A stretch of DNA of 64,000 nucleotides, taken from assembly GCA_951406725.2 (NCBI GenBank), contig OX597826.1:73408001-73472000 (forward strand), read 5' to 3'. This DNA comes from Octopus vulgaris (lineage: Eukaryota). A program made the translations under genes and the position numbers. Below, piece by piece: positions 12,778 through 26,629 of the stretch. Below the pieces are notes generated by a model. It was not told where the DNA came from and ran no database searches. It saw only the letters and a list, made by a program, of their open reading frames with translations. Each line of letters opens with the position of its first letter. The first letter of the stretch is position 1.

Positions 12778-13041
12778 TATTCTCTCCCTAGCTCCATCAT
12801 CATCTGCCGGGGTACTCCGAGTTTTAAACAACACTTCTACTTATACTCTTTACTTCATAGTACGTCGTCATTTATTTGTATACTCCGAGACATTCGGAAC
12901 CTTTCCATTATTAAACCAGTCTTAAATCTCCTACTGTTGCACTCCGAAGTACGACACATTTTCCATTAACTCTTGTCTTCATCTACAAGTGTACTTGCAA
13001 CGTATATGCATGTATGTATGTGAGTATGACAGAGGGAAAAT

Positions 13042-13125
<84 letters not shown>

Positions 13126-13350
13126 TATATATGTATATATGTATATATATATATATACATACAAGATAAGAAAATGGAGTGTATTAGTAATTTGTGGTAA
13201 ATCATTTTACCTTTGCCCATATAATACAGTAAATGAATTGATTGCATCGCAATCCTTAACATTTATATATTAACTTTGTTGGGTACTTCACTAGCAGTAT
13301 ATTGGATATATGTTATCCCATGGTGGGTTGCATTTACAACCCCTATCTCA

Positions 13351-13401
<51 letters not shown>

Positions 13402-13560
13402 TATAGATGGACATATGTGTATGTGTGCGTATGTATGTATGTATGTATGTATGTATATATGTATATACGCATATGTATATGTGTGTAGAGAGAGAGAGAC
13501 GTGGGGGAGATAGACAGAGGGAATAGGTAAATGAATATCGATATATATATATATAGATGG

Positions 13561-13615
<55 letters not shown>

Positions 13616-14009
13616 CACATATATGTGTGTGTGTGTGTGTGAGGAGAGAGAGGGGGAGGGAGAGAGAGAGAGTTGAACTCCTCGAATATTCTCCCCAACC
13701 ACCGCCATCTTCCATCAGTAGTCGTAATTTAACACCTTAACTCTCAGCCCCCATTCATTCTGGTTCTTCCCTCTATTCCTTCCTCTTCCGTTAGGGAGGT
13801 TCGCTACACCACCACCACCTCCTCCTCCTTTATCTCCCCACTCTCTCACTCTCTCTCCCCTCTCTCTCACTCCCCTTTTCCTTCCCCGACCTAAACAGTG
13901 AAACATGACCCCTACAGATATTTGTTTCAGCAGGCCCACTTCTTTGAACATGTTGAATTCAAGTTTCTTCGTGTAGGTAGGGTGATCCCTCGCCCCCTTT
14001 CCCAGTCAG

Positions 14010-14068
<59 letters not shown>

Positions 14069-14554
14069 TGTGCCCTTGTATATAAATCTCTCATCCTAAC
14101 CCAGCAACTTAGCTATGTCGATACATACACACATACTTACACACACATGTATATAATATATATGCATATATATATTATATACATACATACATACATACAT
14201 ACATACATACATACATACATACACGTTACATTCATTTATACATACAGACGTGTGTGTATTTGCGTGCGTGTGTGCATAAAAGTTTGCATGTACAAACTGG
14301 AGAAAGTGTACTCAATACAAGCAGTAGAGTTTGTTTATTCTTCGGAGTTTATCCGTTGCTTCAAAGTCTGCTAAACAATTCAGAACGCCAGCAGATTTCA
14401 GCGTGGTGGATTGGGAAGACGTTTCAAAGGGTTTAAATGTGTGTTGAGAAAAATAGGATTTTTTGTATCAAACCCGAAACCGGTCCACATGTATACCTGT
14501 ACCATTAAATTATATAGCTTTATGCTCTATAGTTATACTCTTTTTACTCTTTTA

Positions 14555-14715
14555 CTTGTCAAGCGATGTTGGGGGTGGGTGGGTGGACAAACACTGGGAC
14601 ACGACAGGCTTCTTTCAGTTTCCAACTACCAATTCCACTCACAAGGTTTGGTCGGCCCGAGGCTACAGTAGAAGACGCTTGACCAAGGTGCCACGCAGTG
14701 GGACTAAACCTGGAA
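14555..14715 (-). mobile_element. SINE family B fragment
   Basis: GGCTTCTTTCAGTTTCCAACTACCAATTCCACTCACAAGG..CAAGGTGCCACGCAGTGGGACT. Confidence 0.82.
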
Positions 14716-15484
14716 TCATTCCCGCGCCTAATTTGTCCTTAAACATATATATATATATATATATATCAAAATAAGCAACAAGGATATCCAGAGGTAATGT
14801 AGTACGATCGTTTCAAGCAACTCCATTTAATTGAACAGTTATCAATGCCAAACTTCTGCGCCAGCTACTGCAAGACTTTCCTGGTAGTGATGTTGATATT
14901 GTTCCTACCTTCATTCCAAGGAATATAACTTCAGTGTTTTAAATCATTCCCAGTCAATCATTGTGTGTGTGTGTGTGTGCGATTCGTATGTCCTTGGCTA
15001 CTTTGTGAGCTTTGTAGCAAAGGGCAATCATAGTTGGGAGCAATAATCTAAACGACTATAAGGACAAATGACTCCCAGAGCACAGGTATAACTTCTTGGA
15101 ACTTTGTTTGAGAATTCTCAGAATTGACCCTGCAAATCATCTGTTCTTTTCATAAAATAAGCACGAAATTACAATTCCCAGATCTCACACATTATATGAC
15201 TCTCATACATTATATGACTCACATATTGTGCTATTGCACTTTCTTCCAGACGTGTTTGTTCGGGGGCTAATTGCGCAATAGAATCGCTTCGCTTCTTCAG
15301 CCTATCTTTATTCAGTATTGAAGTCTTTTGTAGGCTTTTGATATCGTAGTATCACTGACAGAGCTAGTAAGGATTGTTGTGCTGACAGCCAAGGATAGAA
15401 GTTCGATAGAGTTATTACAAAAAACGTTTTGGTTTCAAGTCAGTCTTCCACAACACCTAATCCCGACTTGTTAACCCCTCGGTG

Positions 15485-16062
15485 CAGCGGTCCAAACCTT
15501 TTTGCATCATGGAACTGGGGATCACACACGAAATGCAATAAAATGCATAATATATGATTTAGTTATTTCATACATATTACATATATAATACAAGTGAAGG
15601 CGCGTGGCTTAATGGTTAGGGACATTCGGCTCCCGATCGTAAGGTCGTGAGTTCAATTCGCGGCGAAGCGTTGTGTCCTTGAGCAAGACACTTTATTTCA
15701 CGTTGATCCAGTCCACTCATCTGGCAAAAATGAGTAGTACGTGTATTTCAAAGAGCCAGCCTTGTCTCACTCTGTGTCACGCTGAATCTCCCTGAGAACT
15801 ACGTTAAGGGTACATGTGTCTGTGGAATGTTTAGCCTCTTGCACGTTAGTTTCATGAGCGAGCTATTCCGTTGATCGTATCAACTGGGACCCTCGTCGTC
15901 GTAACCGACGGAGTGCTCTTCCTTTATATATAATGCAAGAACCCTACTGCGATCGTCAATGAAATAGAAATAAAATTTTAAAATCTATTCCTTCTGTGCA
16001 ACCCAGTACCCAACGATCCGTGGCCCATTGCTGGTCCGAGGCCCGATGGTTGGGGAGCTCTA
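15485..16062. mobile_element. hAT MITE (MER1/Charlie-like ends) containing a nested SINE
   Basis: Left end CAGCGGTCCAAACCTTTTTG; right end GGTCCGAGGCCCGATGGTTGGGGAGCTCTA, with a repeated TCCG(T/A)GGCCC subterminal motif. Confidence 0.65.
15595..15925 (+). mobile_element. SINE family D, full length with TSD
   Basis: Head GAAGGCGCGTGGCTTAATGG..GAGTTCAATTC; CORE-like GTGTCCTTGAGCAAGACACTT; distinct tail ending GTAACCGACGGAGTGCTC; TSD ATATATAAT(A/G)CAAG at 15581-15594 and 15926-15939. Confidence 0.92.
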
Positions 16063-16589
16063 CTTTCAAGAACCCACTACTGGCTGTTGTACAGCCACTT
16101 CAGGACGTTATTTGTCTCAGTGAATCACAGAGTCTGAGTGTGACAGCTGCACTGATTGCGCTACTTCTTCGTGGCTTCTTGCTTATCCTGTCAGAACGGA
16201 AGAGGATAAACATTAACGTGTGAATATCTGTATTTGATAAGTCTGTCTACCGACAGATGTATTTCAATTGGTGCAATGTAAATTGCTTGATTACACACGG
16301 AAAGGTCTTTCTGCTAATGAATTCTAATTACATTTGCAAAAGACCTTTGACAAGTCCAACTTGTGCTACATACTTTCCTTGCATAGCCCTTCACTCCCTT
16401 CAGAGCACAGGACATCAATGACTTCGCCCTACGGTTCTCCACTCTGACCAATCTTTTCTGCTTTCTTCCTTCTTTCTTCCGTGCAGCTTCCTTTCGGATT
16501 TTGCTCCACCGCATCATATGTTTTCCCAAGGAAACGCCTTCCTCTCGCAGACCTTGATGGGTTTTGAATTGTCATCGATGATTCTTTTA

Positions 16590-16772
16590 TTCTTTTGACT
16601 GCAGCCATTCTGGAGCGCCGTCCTAAAGTGTCTTTAGTAGAATAAATCGACTATCGATGTCTTTTTGCAGAACCGCTAAGTTACGGAGACGTAAACACAC
16701 CAACATCGGTTGTCAAGCGATGGTGGCTGGACAAACACAGACACAAAGACACAGGTACACATAAATATATAT

Positions 16773-16824
<52 letters not shown>

Positions 16825-16980
16825 CAGACGTCTTTCAGTTTCCGTCTACCAAATCCGCTAACAAGGCTTTAGTCAGCCCAAGGCTGTAGTAGAAAACATT
16901 TGCCCAATGTGCCACGCAGTGGGACTGAGCCTGGAACCATGTGATTCAGAAGCAAGCTTCTTACCACACAGCAACGCCTA
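16590..16980 (-). mobile_element. SINE family B, near full length
   Basis: All family B blocks present on the minus strand with internal (TG)n. Confidence 0.9.
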
Positions 16981-17309
16981 TCGCCCATAAAATTCAAAAC
17001 AAGTACATAGATTATTTCAAAACAAGTACATAGATTATATATTAATAATCGGTAGAGTTACAGAGTGACTCAAGGGCTGAGAGTTCTGTAACTTCGCTTT
17101 TCTTAGGTAGCTGTACTGGCCCCTGCGCAAACCCATTTTTACCTCTGAGGAGAGGTGTCTATATTAGTCTAGCCTCTATCTTTTGACCTGTCCAGCATAG
17201 GAGGCGCTGCCAGGAGCTTTAGTCAATAGGTAGGATTTTGAATTTTCCTTTTTTTTTTTTTTTAAAGCAATGATTCCGTTTCTAGATTTCTTTTCATTAT
17301 TCGTGTAAA

Positions 17310-17530
17310 TTTTTGGAACAAAGCCAGAAATTTCTGGGGAGGAGTGAAGTCGATTACGACGACCCCATTGATTCACTGGTACTTATTTTATCAACCCCGA
17401 AAGGATGAAATGCAAAGTCGGCCTCGGCGCAATTTAAACTCAGAACGTAAGACGACGAGCTGGCAGAATCGTTTGCTAAAACCCTCCCTTCAAATTTCAG
17501 GCCTTGTGTTTATAGTAGGAAGCATTATTT
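17310..17530. mobile_element. Rearranged SINE family A (minus-strand body joined to plus-strand head and tail)
   Basis: 17310-17451 is the minus-strand core and tail; from 17452 the plus strand reads CGACGAGCTGGCAGAATCGTT then AAATTTCAGGCCTTGTG tail. Confidence 0.75.
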
Positions 17531-17863
17531 AGTCAAACTATAACATAACTATGGCCACCGACACACTGTTTAAACAAGTTCAGCAGTGTCCATTGTTCTA
17601 CTAAACATCATATCCGCATCACCCCAGGGTATACGACTTAAGCAAACTCATGAATATCACCGTTTAAATTTCGCCAACATACTCGAACGTCACCACAGCC
17701 GCCATTTTCCTCGGGGCGTTTTTTTTTTAGTGTTTGTTTTTCTTATTCTTTTTCATAATGAAGAGATACACTAGAGACAGCAGGTTGTTGCTATGGTGAC
17801 AAATGAACTAAATTCAAATCAATGAATCAATCTAAAATAAAATGTGTCACCACCATCATGCAC

Positions 17864-17900
<37 letters not shown>

Positions 17901-18017
17901 CCCTGTATTTCACGGTGACATATGGCAGTGTTTTGACAGTAACATGGCATACGTAATCAGCTGAACTTCTACGTACTTGCATTTATTTAGAGAGGTGGCG
18001 ACCACTAGCGAAAGACG

Positions 18018-18100
<83 letters not shown>

Positions 18101-18223
18101 TGTTGCATATGAGGTCAAGAAGAGACAAAGAAAGATATAATATGCGAAATGTATGTATGCATGTGTATGTGTATGTGTGACTGTGCGCATGCGAATGTGT
18201 GTGTATGTAAATATATACAGATA

Positions 18224-18322
<99 letters not shown>

Positions 18323-18349
18323 TTCTAGCTATCTATGTGCGTTGCATGC

Positions 18350-18550
18350 CTTTGTGTTTTTCCTTCACACTGTCTGACAATTTGGTTTTGGCTTGTTTAC
18401 GTCCCCATAACTTAGCAGTTCGGCGAAAGAGAGCTTGAGAATAAGTGCCAACGTTCAAAAGAATACGTAGTGGGGTCGATTTGTTTAGACTAAGTCCGTT
18501 AAGTTGGTGCCCCAGAATGGCCGCAGTCCAATGACTAACACAAAAGAAAA
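18350..18550 (+). mobile_element. SINE family B 3' part
   Basis: TTTACGTCCCCATAACTTAGCAGTTCGGC..ATGGCCGCAGTCCAATGACT. Confidence 0.82.
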
Positions 18551-18568
18551 ATAGATAGCGTGTGCGTG

Positions 18569-18631
<63 letters not shown>

Positions 18632-18694
18632 GGATGGATGGATGGATGGATGGATGGATGGATAGGTAGGTAGGTAGGTAGGTAGGTAGGTAGG

Positions 18695-18762
<68 letters not shown>

Positions 18763-18855
18763 TTGATAGATAGACTGCGCTGTACTAACTACACTATACA
18801 TACATACATACATACATATACATACATACATATACATACACGCAAACATATACAT

Positions 18856-18909
<54 letters not shown>

Positions 18910-19259
18910 GCATGCATGCATGGCAGGAAATGGAGGGACTCGTGCATAAAGTGAAGCGATTTGGATTCACAGAATTCTGCACACTTTGATTAACGCAAAG
19001 AAATTAAAACCAAATTAATCTGAAGAAACTTGAAGACAAAAAAGAAGGCAATAGAGCAAATTATACTAATTGCAAATATTAGTTAATTACCAACATTAAC
19101 CAAGTGAAAAGCAAACATTTACCTCGACCCAAAATCTCGCCCCCGCTCCATCAGAAATATGACGTTGGATCTGGGGTTTTTTTGTTATTGTTTATGTTGT
19201 TTTTTTTTGTTAATTTGTTGCCGGAGGGGCAAGGGATGGTTTTTAAGCTATAATTAAAT

Positions 19260-19620
19260 GCAATGGCTGTGTGGTTAAGATGCTCCCTTTGCAGCCACAG
19301 TGTTTTGGGTTTAGTCCCACTGCGCAGTATCTTGAGCAAGTATCTTCTGCTGTAGCCCCCGGACCAACCATGGGATTTGGTAAACGGAAACTGTGCGGAA
19401 CCCGTCGTTTGTGTGTTTCTTCGTGTCTGTGCTGTATTTGTCCTTGACAGCTGTATTGGTTTGTTTACGTTCCTATAATTTATCGGTTCGGCAAAAGAGA
19501 CAATAGAATACGTACTAGACTTAAAGAAAAGAACTGAGGTTGATTTGTTTAACTAAAATTCTTCAAAGCAGTACTCCAGCGTGGCCACAATTCAGTGACT
19601 AAAACAAGTAAAAGGTAAAA
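19260..19620 (+). mobile_element. SINE family B, full length, diverged
   Basis: ATGGCTGTGTGGTTAAGA head through AAACAAGTAAAAG tail. Confidence 0.85.
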
Positions 19621-20309
19621 GAAGCCTTCGCATGGTCACCCATCCAAATAAAAAATAGCAGCCAAATTTCCTTCATAACTGACTCACGAGCGAGTATAAC
19701 TTGGTTGCATGTACCATGTTTGTACTATTTGTTGTCGATGCTTGGAGAATCGTGAAAATAGGCAGACACTCTCTCGGCCCTTTCGCTCTTGACCTAACGG
19801 AACGTCTAGGATACATCCGATAGAGGGAAAGAGGGCCGCATTAGCACTGGGTTGGCACTCGTTTTCAGGTGAATCAGAGCGGTGAGCGGTATGTGTGTAT
19901 GTGTGGTGGTTTTTTTACAGTGATATACATAATGGCGGTAATGTAACTATAAAACCTATGAGAGGGGCATATGGGGGTACATCGTACCCGGACACTTCCT
20001 GGGATTTAAGAAAAAAGGAGGTTCATATATATTGAAGATAAATGTATACAGAAAGCAAGAGGAAGGGGACCCGAAAGAAACATTATACTTATCGCTAATA
20101 AAATTAGACTCGAATGCCCCGAATGTATGGTTGATTTCTGAAGGGAGTTCAGTAAATGCTTATTAGTTTAACCAAGGAAGTTTACTAATTAATTAATTTT
20201 GCCACATGAGTTAATTAATTTCCTATTTAATAAATGAGGTATTTTTAGTATTTGGTGTTTGTAAGTGTATACGTAAATATATGTGTGGAGGGGGCAGAGG
20301 GTGAGGACG

Positions 20310-20480
20310 CAGGTATGGCCGAATGGTTAAGAAGTTCGCGTTACTATAAAAATTTTCTCTAGTTCAATCCCAGTTCTACTCTCATCTTGAGAGAGTTTTT
20401 TTTTTTTTTTTTTTTGCCATATTTCCGGGTCGAGTCAAGCCTTGTGAGAGAAAATATACTGAAGGAATCTTTGTGGAATC
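20310..20480 (+). mobile_element. SINE family B 5' part, highly diverged
   Basis: GCAGGTATGGCCGAATGGTTAAGAAGTT..AGTTCAATCCC..AAGCCTTGTGAG. Confidence 0.6.
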
Positions 20481-20671
20481 TGGTTTGATGGATCGTGACT
20501 GTGATTCAAGGTACATCCTAGTCAAACGCTGCATCAAACTCGTTCTGTTTCAGGATTTGCGGGATGAATACGCGCGCACGTGGAAAACACAGCCACTTAC
20601 ACGCTAATTTAATAATTAGGTAATTAAGTTGATCGAACAACTGAATATTCATCGTCGAAGCTAACCGAAGT

Positions 20672-20710
<39 letters not shown>

Positions 20711-20712
20711 CG

Positions 20713-20762
<50 letters not shown>

Positions 20763-21143
20763 AAATATATGATATATATATATATATATGATATAAATAA
20801 TATATATATGCATAGATGGGTGCAGGATGTCACTAACAGTAAACAGCATGAAATACGAAAACAAATGAATTAAATATGCCAATAACGAGAGGAAAAATAG
20901 AAAACAAGACAAGTAATACAAGGAACACAAAGAACGACCCATCGCCAGCTGTCGATTGTCTGTCTACTCCGCATTTCGAGCAATCAACGACAATATTTGG
21001 ATTTATGGAGGGTCAAAGTTGGGAACAAAAATAGAACAGTGGAGACATACCAAGAAACCGAACGAAATCAAATATGGAGGGTCGTTTGACCTGAACGAGG
21101 GGGAAATAGGAAACGCCGAGAAAAAAAAATATATATATATATA

Positions 21144-21538
21144 TCTTTATATATAAAAGAGAGGTTGTGTGCTGTCTGTCTCCTACGATTTAGATTCCTA
21201 ACTACTCCCACATTCTGCGGTGCAGTTTAACCAAAACCGGGTATCTTATAGTCGTGATTCATATCGAGCCCCTCTGGGTATTAGCGTGCGTCTACGATGA
21301 GTCTACGATTTTAAAAAAAATTTACCATCAATTTTTCCCATTTTAATGCATTTTTGGCATATATAAGGGAAGTAATTCTCTAAAAATTTATTATTAAATC
21401 TCAAAACGTAAAAAGCTACAGTACCCCCCCCCCCTTTGTGGTTAGCCATATTGAGATGGCTATTATACTTTACATCTCTAAAAATGCTTATATAGTTATT
21501 TCCCTTACAAACCCGAGCAACGCCGGGCGATAAAGTAG
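21144..21538 (+). mobile_element. Non-autonomous Helitron (second copy)
   Basis: Starts A|TCTTTATATATAAAAG; ends CCCGAGCAACGCCGGGCGATAAAGTAG|T; strong similarity to the reverse complement of 12380-12777. Confidence 0.88.
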
Positions 21539-21732
21539 TATATTATATATTATTATTTATTATTATATATATATATACAGAGAGAGAGAGAGAGAGAGAG
21601 CGATAATATATATGAATGTATGGAATATAAATTGCGTATATATACCATCAATGTGTATAAAATACGATGCAGACATGTTTCTTAACACTCAACATCCATC
21701 TAGTTAGTAACTATCATCACTTTATCCACACA

Positions 21733-21763
<31 letters not shown>

Positions 21764-22051
21764 TCTCTCTCTCTCTTTATCAATTTATCTATCTCTTGCT
21801 CTGTCTCTCTCTTTCTATCTATCTCTCCATCCATCTTTCCCTCTCTCTCTCTCTCTCATTTGTTTTCCTTTTCTTTTCCCTGTTGCTTTCCTTCTTTCAT
21901 ATCGCTGGTTTAGTAATGACCAGCACCACCACCACCATTACCATCACCATCTATGCTACCACCAGTAATGCTATTACAACAATACCAATACTGAGAAAAT
22001 GGTCCAAAACGTTCATTTACACATTGACATACCTTCACACCCACAGACACA

Positions 22052-22143
<92 letters not shown>

Positions 22144-23028
22144 CACACGTCTACGCAGAGACTGATTAAGTCTGTAGAGTTAAGACGGATGCCAGTGATA
22201 AACGCATGCCTTCGCTATCTCTTCTTGGTCGTCTTGTTTGTCAGAAGCGAAACTCGATTCTAATTCGATGTCAAAGTGTTCCACTGTCTCGGTCGTTCGT
22301 GAGAATTCTTTGATAAACTCTTGCGCTCGACACAGACTTTGCATTAATAGTCCATTCCTTTATTTTTACTATACATTCATACACACACACTTACACACTC
22401 ATACACTCACACGCACGCACACATGCATACATACATACATACATGCATACGCACATAAGTACATGCATACATACACACACACGCACACACACACATACGT
22501 ACATATATACACATAGACATATGCACATTCATACGCACATACATGCATACATACATACATACATACATACATACATACATACATACATACATACATACAT
22601 ACATACATGCATACATACATACATACATACATACACACAGTTTCAGTTTAACCCGATTGTTCGTCTTACTCGGAACTACATAAGGTTGCCCATGACTTAT
22701 GCAGAAAGATATAGATAAAGCTAAAATGATTGTAGAAGGAAGAATAGTTAGATAATAGAAAGAGGGAGTAATGTATAAGTGTTAATATGAGGTGTAAAGT
22801 CTGTTAGTAAGGTGAACCCCCCCTCTCCCCCTCTTTCCCTGAGAGATAGTCGATTTCACTTCAACAATATATTCGTTTAAACCAATGTCTGTATTTATGG
22901 ATAGATGGATGTGCATGTATACGCATGTATGTATGCATGTATATATGTGCATATATGTATCTATGTATGTATATAGAAAGAGATAGATAGATTGATAGAC
23001 AGCCTGATAGATAGATAGATAGATAGAT

Positions 23029-23135
<107 letters not shown>

Positions 23136-23948
23136 GATGTGAATATAGGTATATGAATGTTTTGCGCGTGCACGTGTGTGTGTGACGTATATTTGTATAT
23201 ATAAGTGTATGTCTGTACATATGTATGAGTGTGTATGTATATGTGTATGTATATAGATGGATATGTATGTATATGTGTTTAATATGTATATGTACATATA
23301 TTTGAATATGGGTGTATGTATGCATGTATATATCTATAAATGTATGTATGCGTTTATACAGCACATACACACACACACACACTCACGTGCACATATACCC
23401 ACAGCGCACACAACTTGTATAGAATTTCATCGCTTGTGATGTTTTCGAAAGCTGTCATCTTAATTTTATAAAATAATTTTAAATTTATGTGGGTTAGTGT
23501 TGTAACATCTGACTCCACCACACAGCTTTCTCTTTTCCTTTCCTTCCACATCTCCTTCTACATCTCTCATTTCCTCACGCACATTTCCCACACTCTTTCT
23601 CTTTGTTTCCGCACTTCCCCTCTCTCTATCGGTCTCCGTCCCTATCTGTCTGTCTCTCTCTGTCTCTCTCTCTCTCTCTCATACTCACATTCACACACAC
23701 ACATACTCATATACACAATACACATACACATATACATATACATATAACCACCCGTTCTGTAATCTTGCCCGCTGTTTTAAGCGTGTATAACTAGAAAAAA
23801 ACAACAACAACGCCTCGTATATTCTAGTTTTCTCAGTCGGTCCAATAGCCTCAAGGGAAAAAATAGTGTTGCATTCAGACTCTGTGTGTGTCTGTGTCTA
23901 TGTCTGTGAGTGTGTGTGTGTGTATGTGTGTGTCTGTCTGTCTGTCTA

Positions 23949-24003
<55 letters not shown>

Positions 24004-24795
24004 TAGGGAATAAAACTACCAAAGCATGACGGAAGCCCAGCAGAGATTTCTGCTAGTCCGGGATTGTTTTCTCTGTCTCCTATATTTCATCCATGGTGTG
24101 TAAGCCGAAAAGACAGAAGGCAGACGGCAGCAGACGACAGCAGACGCCATTAATCAGCAAGAAAGGATGAGCAGAAGTGACATATTCTTCATTTCAGTTA
24201 ATGTAAGAGATACAGATCTGTAGTACGGACAGTTAGGGTTTCGTGTCTCCGTCACGGACACTTTAACTTTTCTTCTACCTGTCTTAATATATTTTACTGA
24301 GTGGCGGTGATGATTATAGTGCCGAGTTCTACATCGTGATGGCGAACATAATCAAGATCATGATGCTGATGACGATGGTGGTGGTGGTAGTGGTGATGGT
24401 GGGTGGTGGTAATGGCGGCGACGGCGGCACTGGTGGTAGTGGTGGTGGTGGTGCTGGTGGTAGTGTTGCTAATGACGACGATGATGAGGTCGGCAACAGC
24501 GATGATGATGATGATGATAATGATAATGATGACAATGATGAATTGACCATGATGATAATGATGATGCTGATGATGACTGACGATGATGACGATGACGATA
24601 ATGACAATGATGATGATGAAGATGACGACGATGTCCTGAGATGGAGCGAAAATGCTTAATAATAATATAAAGAATGAAGAACGAGACAGTGATTTGATAA
24701 CAAGAAATGAAAGACAGCAAAGCGAAAGAGATATCTAAAAAGGAAGAAAATTCGAGAAGTGAACTGATTCTGCGGGCGATATTAACGATTGTCTT

Positions 24796-24935
24796 AAGGC
24801 AGCGGGCTGGCAGAAACGTTAGCACGCCGGACAAAATGCTTAGCGGTAGATACTGCGTCTGTCTTTATGTTCAAATTCCGCCGAGGTCGACTTTGCTATT
24901 CATCCTTTCGGGATCGGTAAATTAAGTACCAGTGA
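24796..24935 (+). mobile_element. SINE family A, 3' truncated
   Basis: AAGGCAGCGGGCTGGCAGAAACGTTAGCACGCCGG..TTCATCCTTTCGGGATCGGTAAATTAAGTACCAG. Confidence 0.85.
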
Positions 24936-24939
24936 AGAC

Positions 24940-25073
24940 ACAGGTAAAACTCATTTTGCCACCTAACATGAAACAAAGTTTCTTGCTCAAGGACACAACT
25001 CGCTGCCGAGAATCGAACTCACGACCTTACGATCATGAGCTGAATACCCTAACCACTAAGCCACGCGCCTTCA
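24940..25073 (-). mobile_element. SINE family D 5' part
   Basis: Reverse complement of GAAGGCGCGTGGCTTAGTGGTTAGGG..GAGTTCGATTC..GTGTCCTTGAGCAAGA. Confidence 0.85.
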
Positions 25074-25854
25074 CTGATGATATATATATACTGTATTTTT
25101 GAACAATCTCTCCTCTGTCGCCACTGACCACTCATTCTCTCCTTCCTTCTTTCCTTCCTCCCCTTCACCCCATCACCACCGCTCAGGGCAATACGGTACA
25201 GATGGTCAAACTTCACGGACCATAACAATGTGTGGTCAAGTGTTTGGAAATCTTGATGGACATCTCTAGTGACTTCTTCTAACACAGGCGCGCGCACTGC
25301 AGAGGGTGGTGGCGGCGGTGGGGGTGATGGTGGTGGTGATGGTGGTGGTGGTGGTGGTGGTGGTGGTGGTGGTGGTGGTGTTATGGTGCTGAAAAGTATT
25401 GTGATATCAGATAGAAGTGGAGGTGTTAGTGCTAATGATGGTAGTTGGTGGTGGTGGTGGTGGTGGTAGTAGTGGTGGTGGTGGTAGTGGTGGTGGTAGT
25501 GGTGGTCACGGTGCTTGTAGCGCTTGCTATGCATCCCCAAAGATATCTTCGCGGATAACGTTAATTCTAAGTGTTATCTTTTGTGCTGTCACACTTCACT
25601 GAACATCTTCCTCGTCTCACGCACTATTACATCTATGAGATGGCGGCTACATTGCTATTGTGACGTATCATCTGTGTGCGTGTGTGTGTGTATGTGTGTG
25701 AGAGAGAGAGAGAGAGATAAACAGACAGACAGACAGACAGACAGAGACAGACAGACAGACAGACAGAGTGTCAGACATAGATTTGTTATGAAGGCCAATA
25801 GATAGATGCATAGATAAATGTTATTTTTATTGTTTTATTTGTTTGTTTTTTTTT

Positions 25855-26048
25855 TTGGCTGCGGACATGCTGGAGCACCACCTTTTAGTCGAACAAAATC
25901 AACCCTTACCCCCCATGACTTATTCTTTGTAAGCCTAGTACTTATTCTATCGGTCACATTTTGCCGAACCGCTAAGTTACGAGGACGTAAATACAGCAGC
26001 ATCGGTTGTCAAGCGATGTTGGCAGCACAAACACACACACACACACAC

Positions 26049-26079
<31 letters not shown>

Positions 26080-26232
26080 CGACGGGCTTCTTTCAGTTTC
26101 CGTCTACCAAATCCACTCATAAGGTTTTGGTCGGCCTGAGGCTATAGTAGAAGACAATTACCCAAGGTACCACGCAGTGGGACTGAACCCGGAACCATAT
26201 TGTTGGGAAGCAAGCTTCTTACCACACACCCA
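25855..26232 (-). mobile_element. SINE family B, near full length
   Basis: All family B blocks present on the minus strand. Confidence 0.9.
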
Positions 26233-26238
26233 CTCTTG

Positions 26239-26341
<103 letters not shown>

Positions 26342-26451
26342 GTATATACAAAATGGGACAAGAACGCAAAACATCCAGATAGACGATACTAAAAACACGG
26401 ACGGGTCATTCGAAACCTTTAATCTTCAGTCAAGAACCGGATCATCCTCGG

Positions 26452-26625
26452 GGAAAATGCTTAGCAGCAGGTCTTCTGTCTTTGAGTTCAAACTCCGCCG
26501 AGATCAACTTTACCTTTCATCCTTTCGGGGTCGATAAAATAAGTGCCAGCTGAGTACCGGGGTCGATGTAATTGACTTAAACTCTCTACCGAAATTGCTG
26601 GCCTTGTGCTCCAATTTGAAATCAA
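26452..26625 (+). mobile_element. SINE family A, 5' truncated
   Basis: GAGTTCAAACTCCGCCGAG..CCTTTCATCCTTTCGGGGTCGATAAAATAAGTGCCAG..GGCCTTGTGC. Confidence 0.85.
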
Positions 26626-26629
26626 TACT

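Noticed and set aside
14838-14942. Protein-like short frames (INAKLLRQLLQDFPGSDVDIVPTFIP; signal-peptide-like MPNFCASYCKTFLVVMLILFLPSFQG)
   Set aside because: Very short, weak splice signals, no recognisable family.
16395-16560. Possible RTE LINE 3' fragment on the minus strand (DWSEWR-like motif)
   Set aside because: Similarity is too short and degenerate to support.
16994-17038. 23-bp tandem duplication TTCAAAACAAGTACATAGATTAT, and ACACCCTGAA x3 at 32310-32340
   Set aside because: Ordinary slippage-type duplications with no sign of function.
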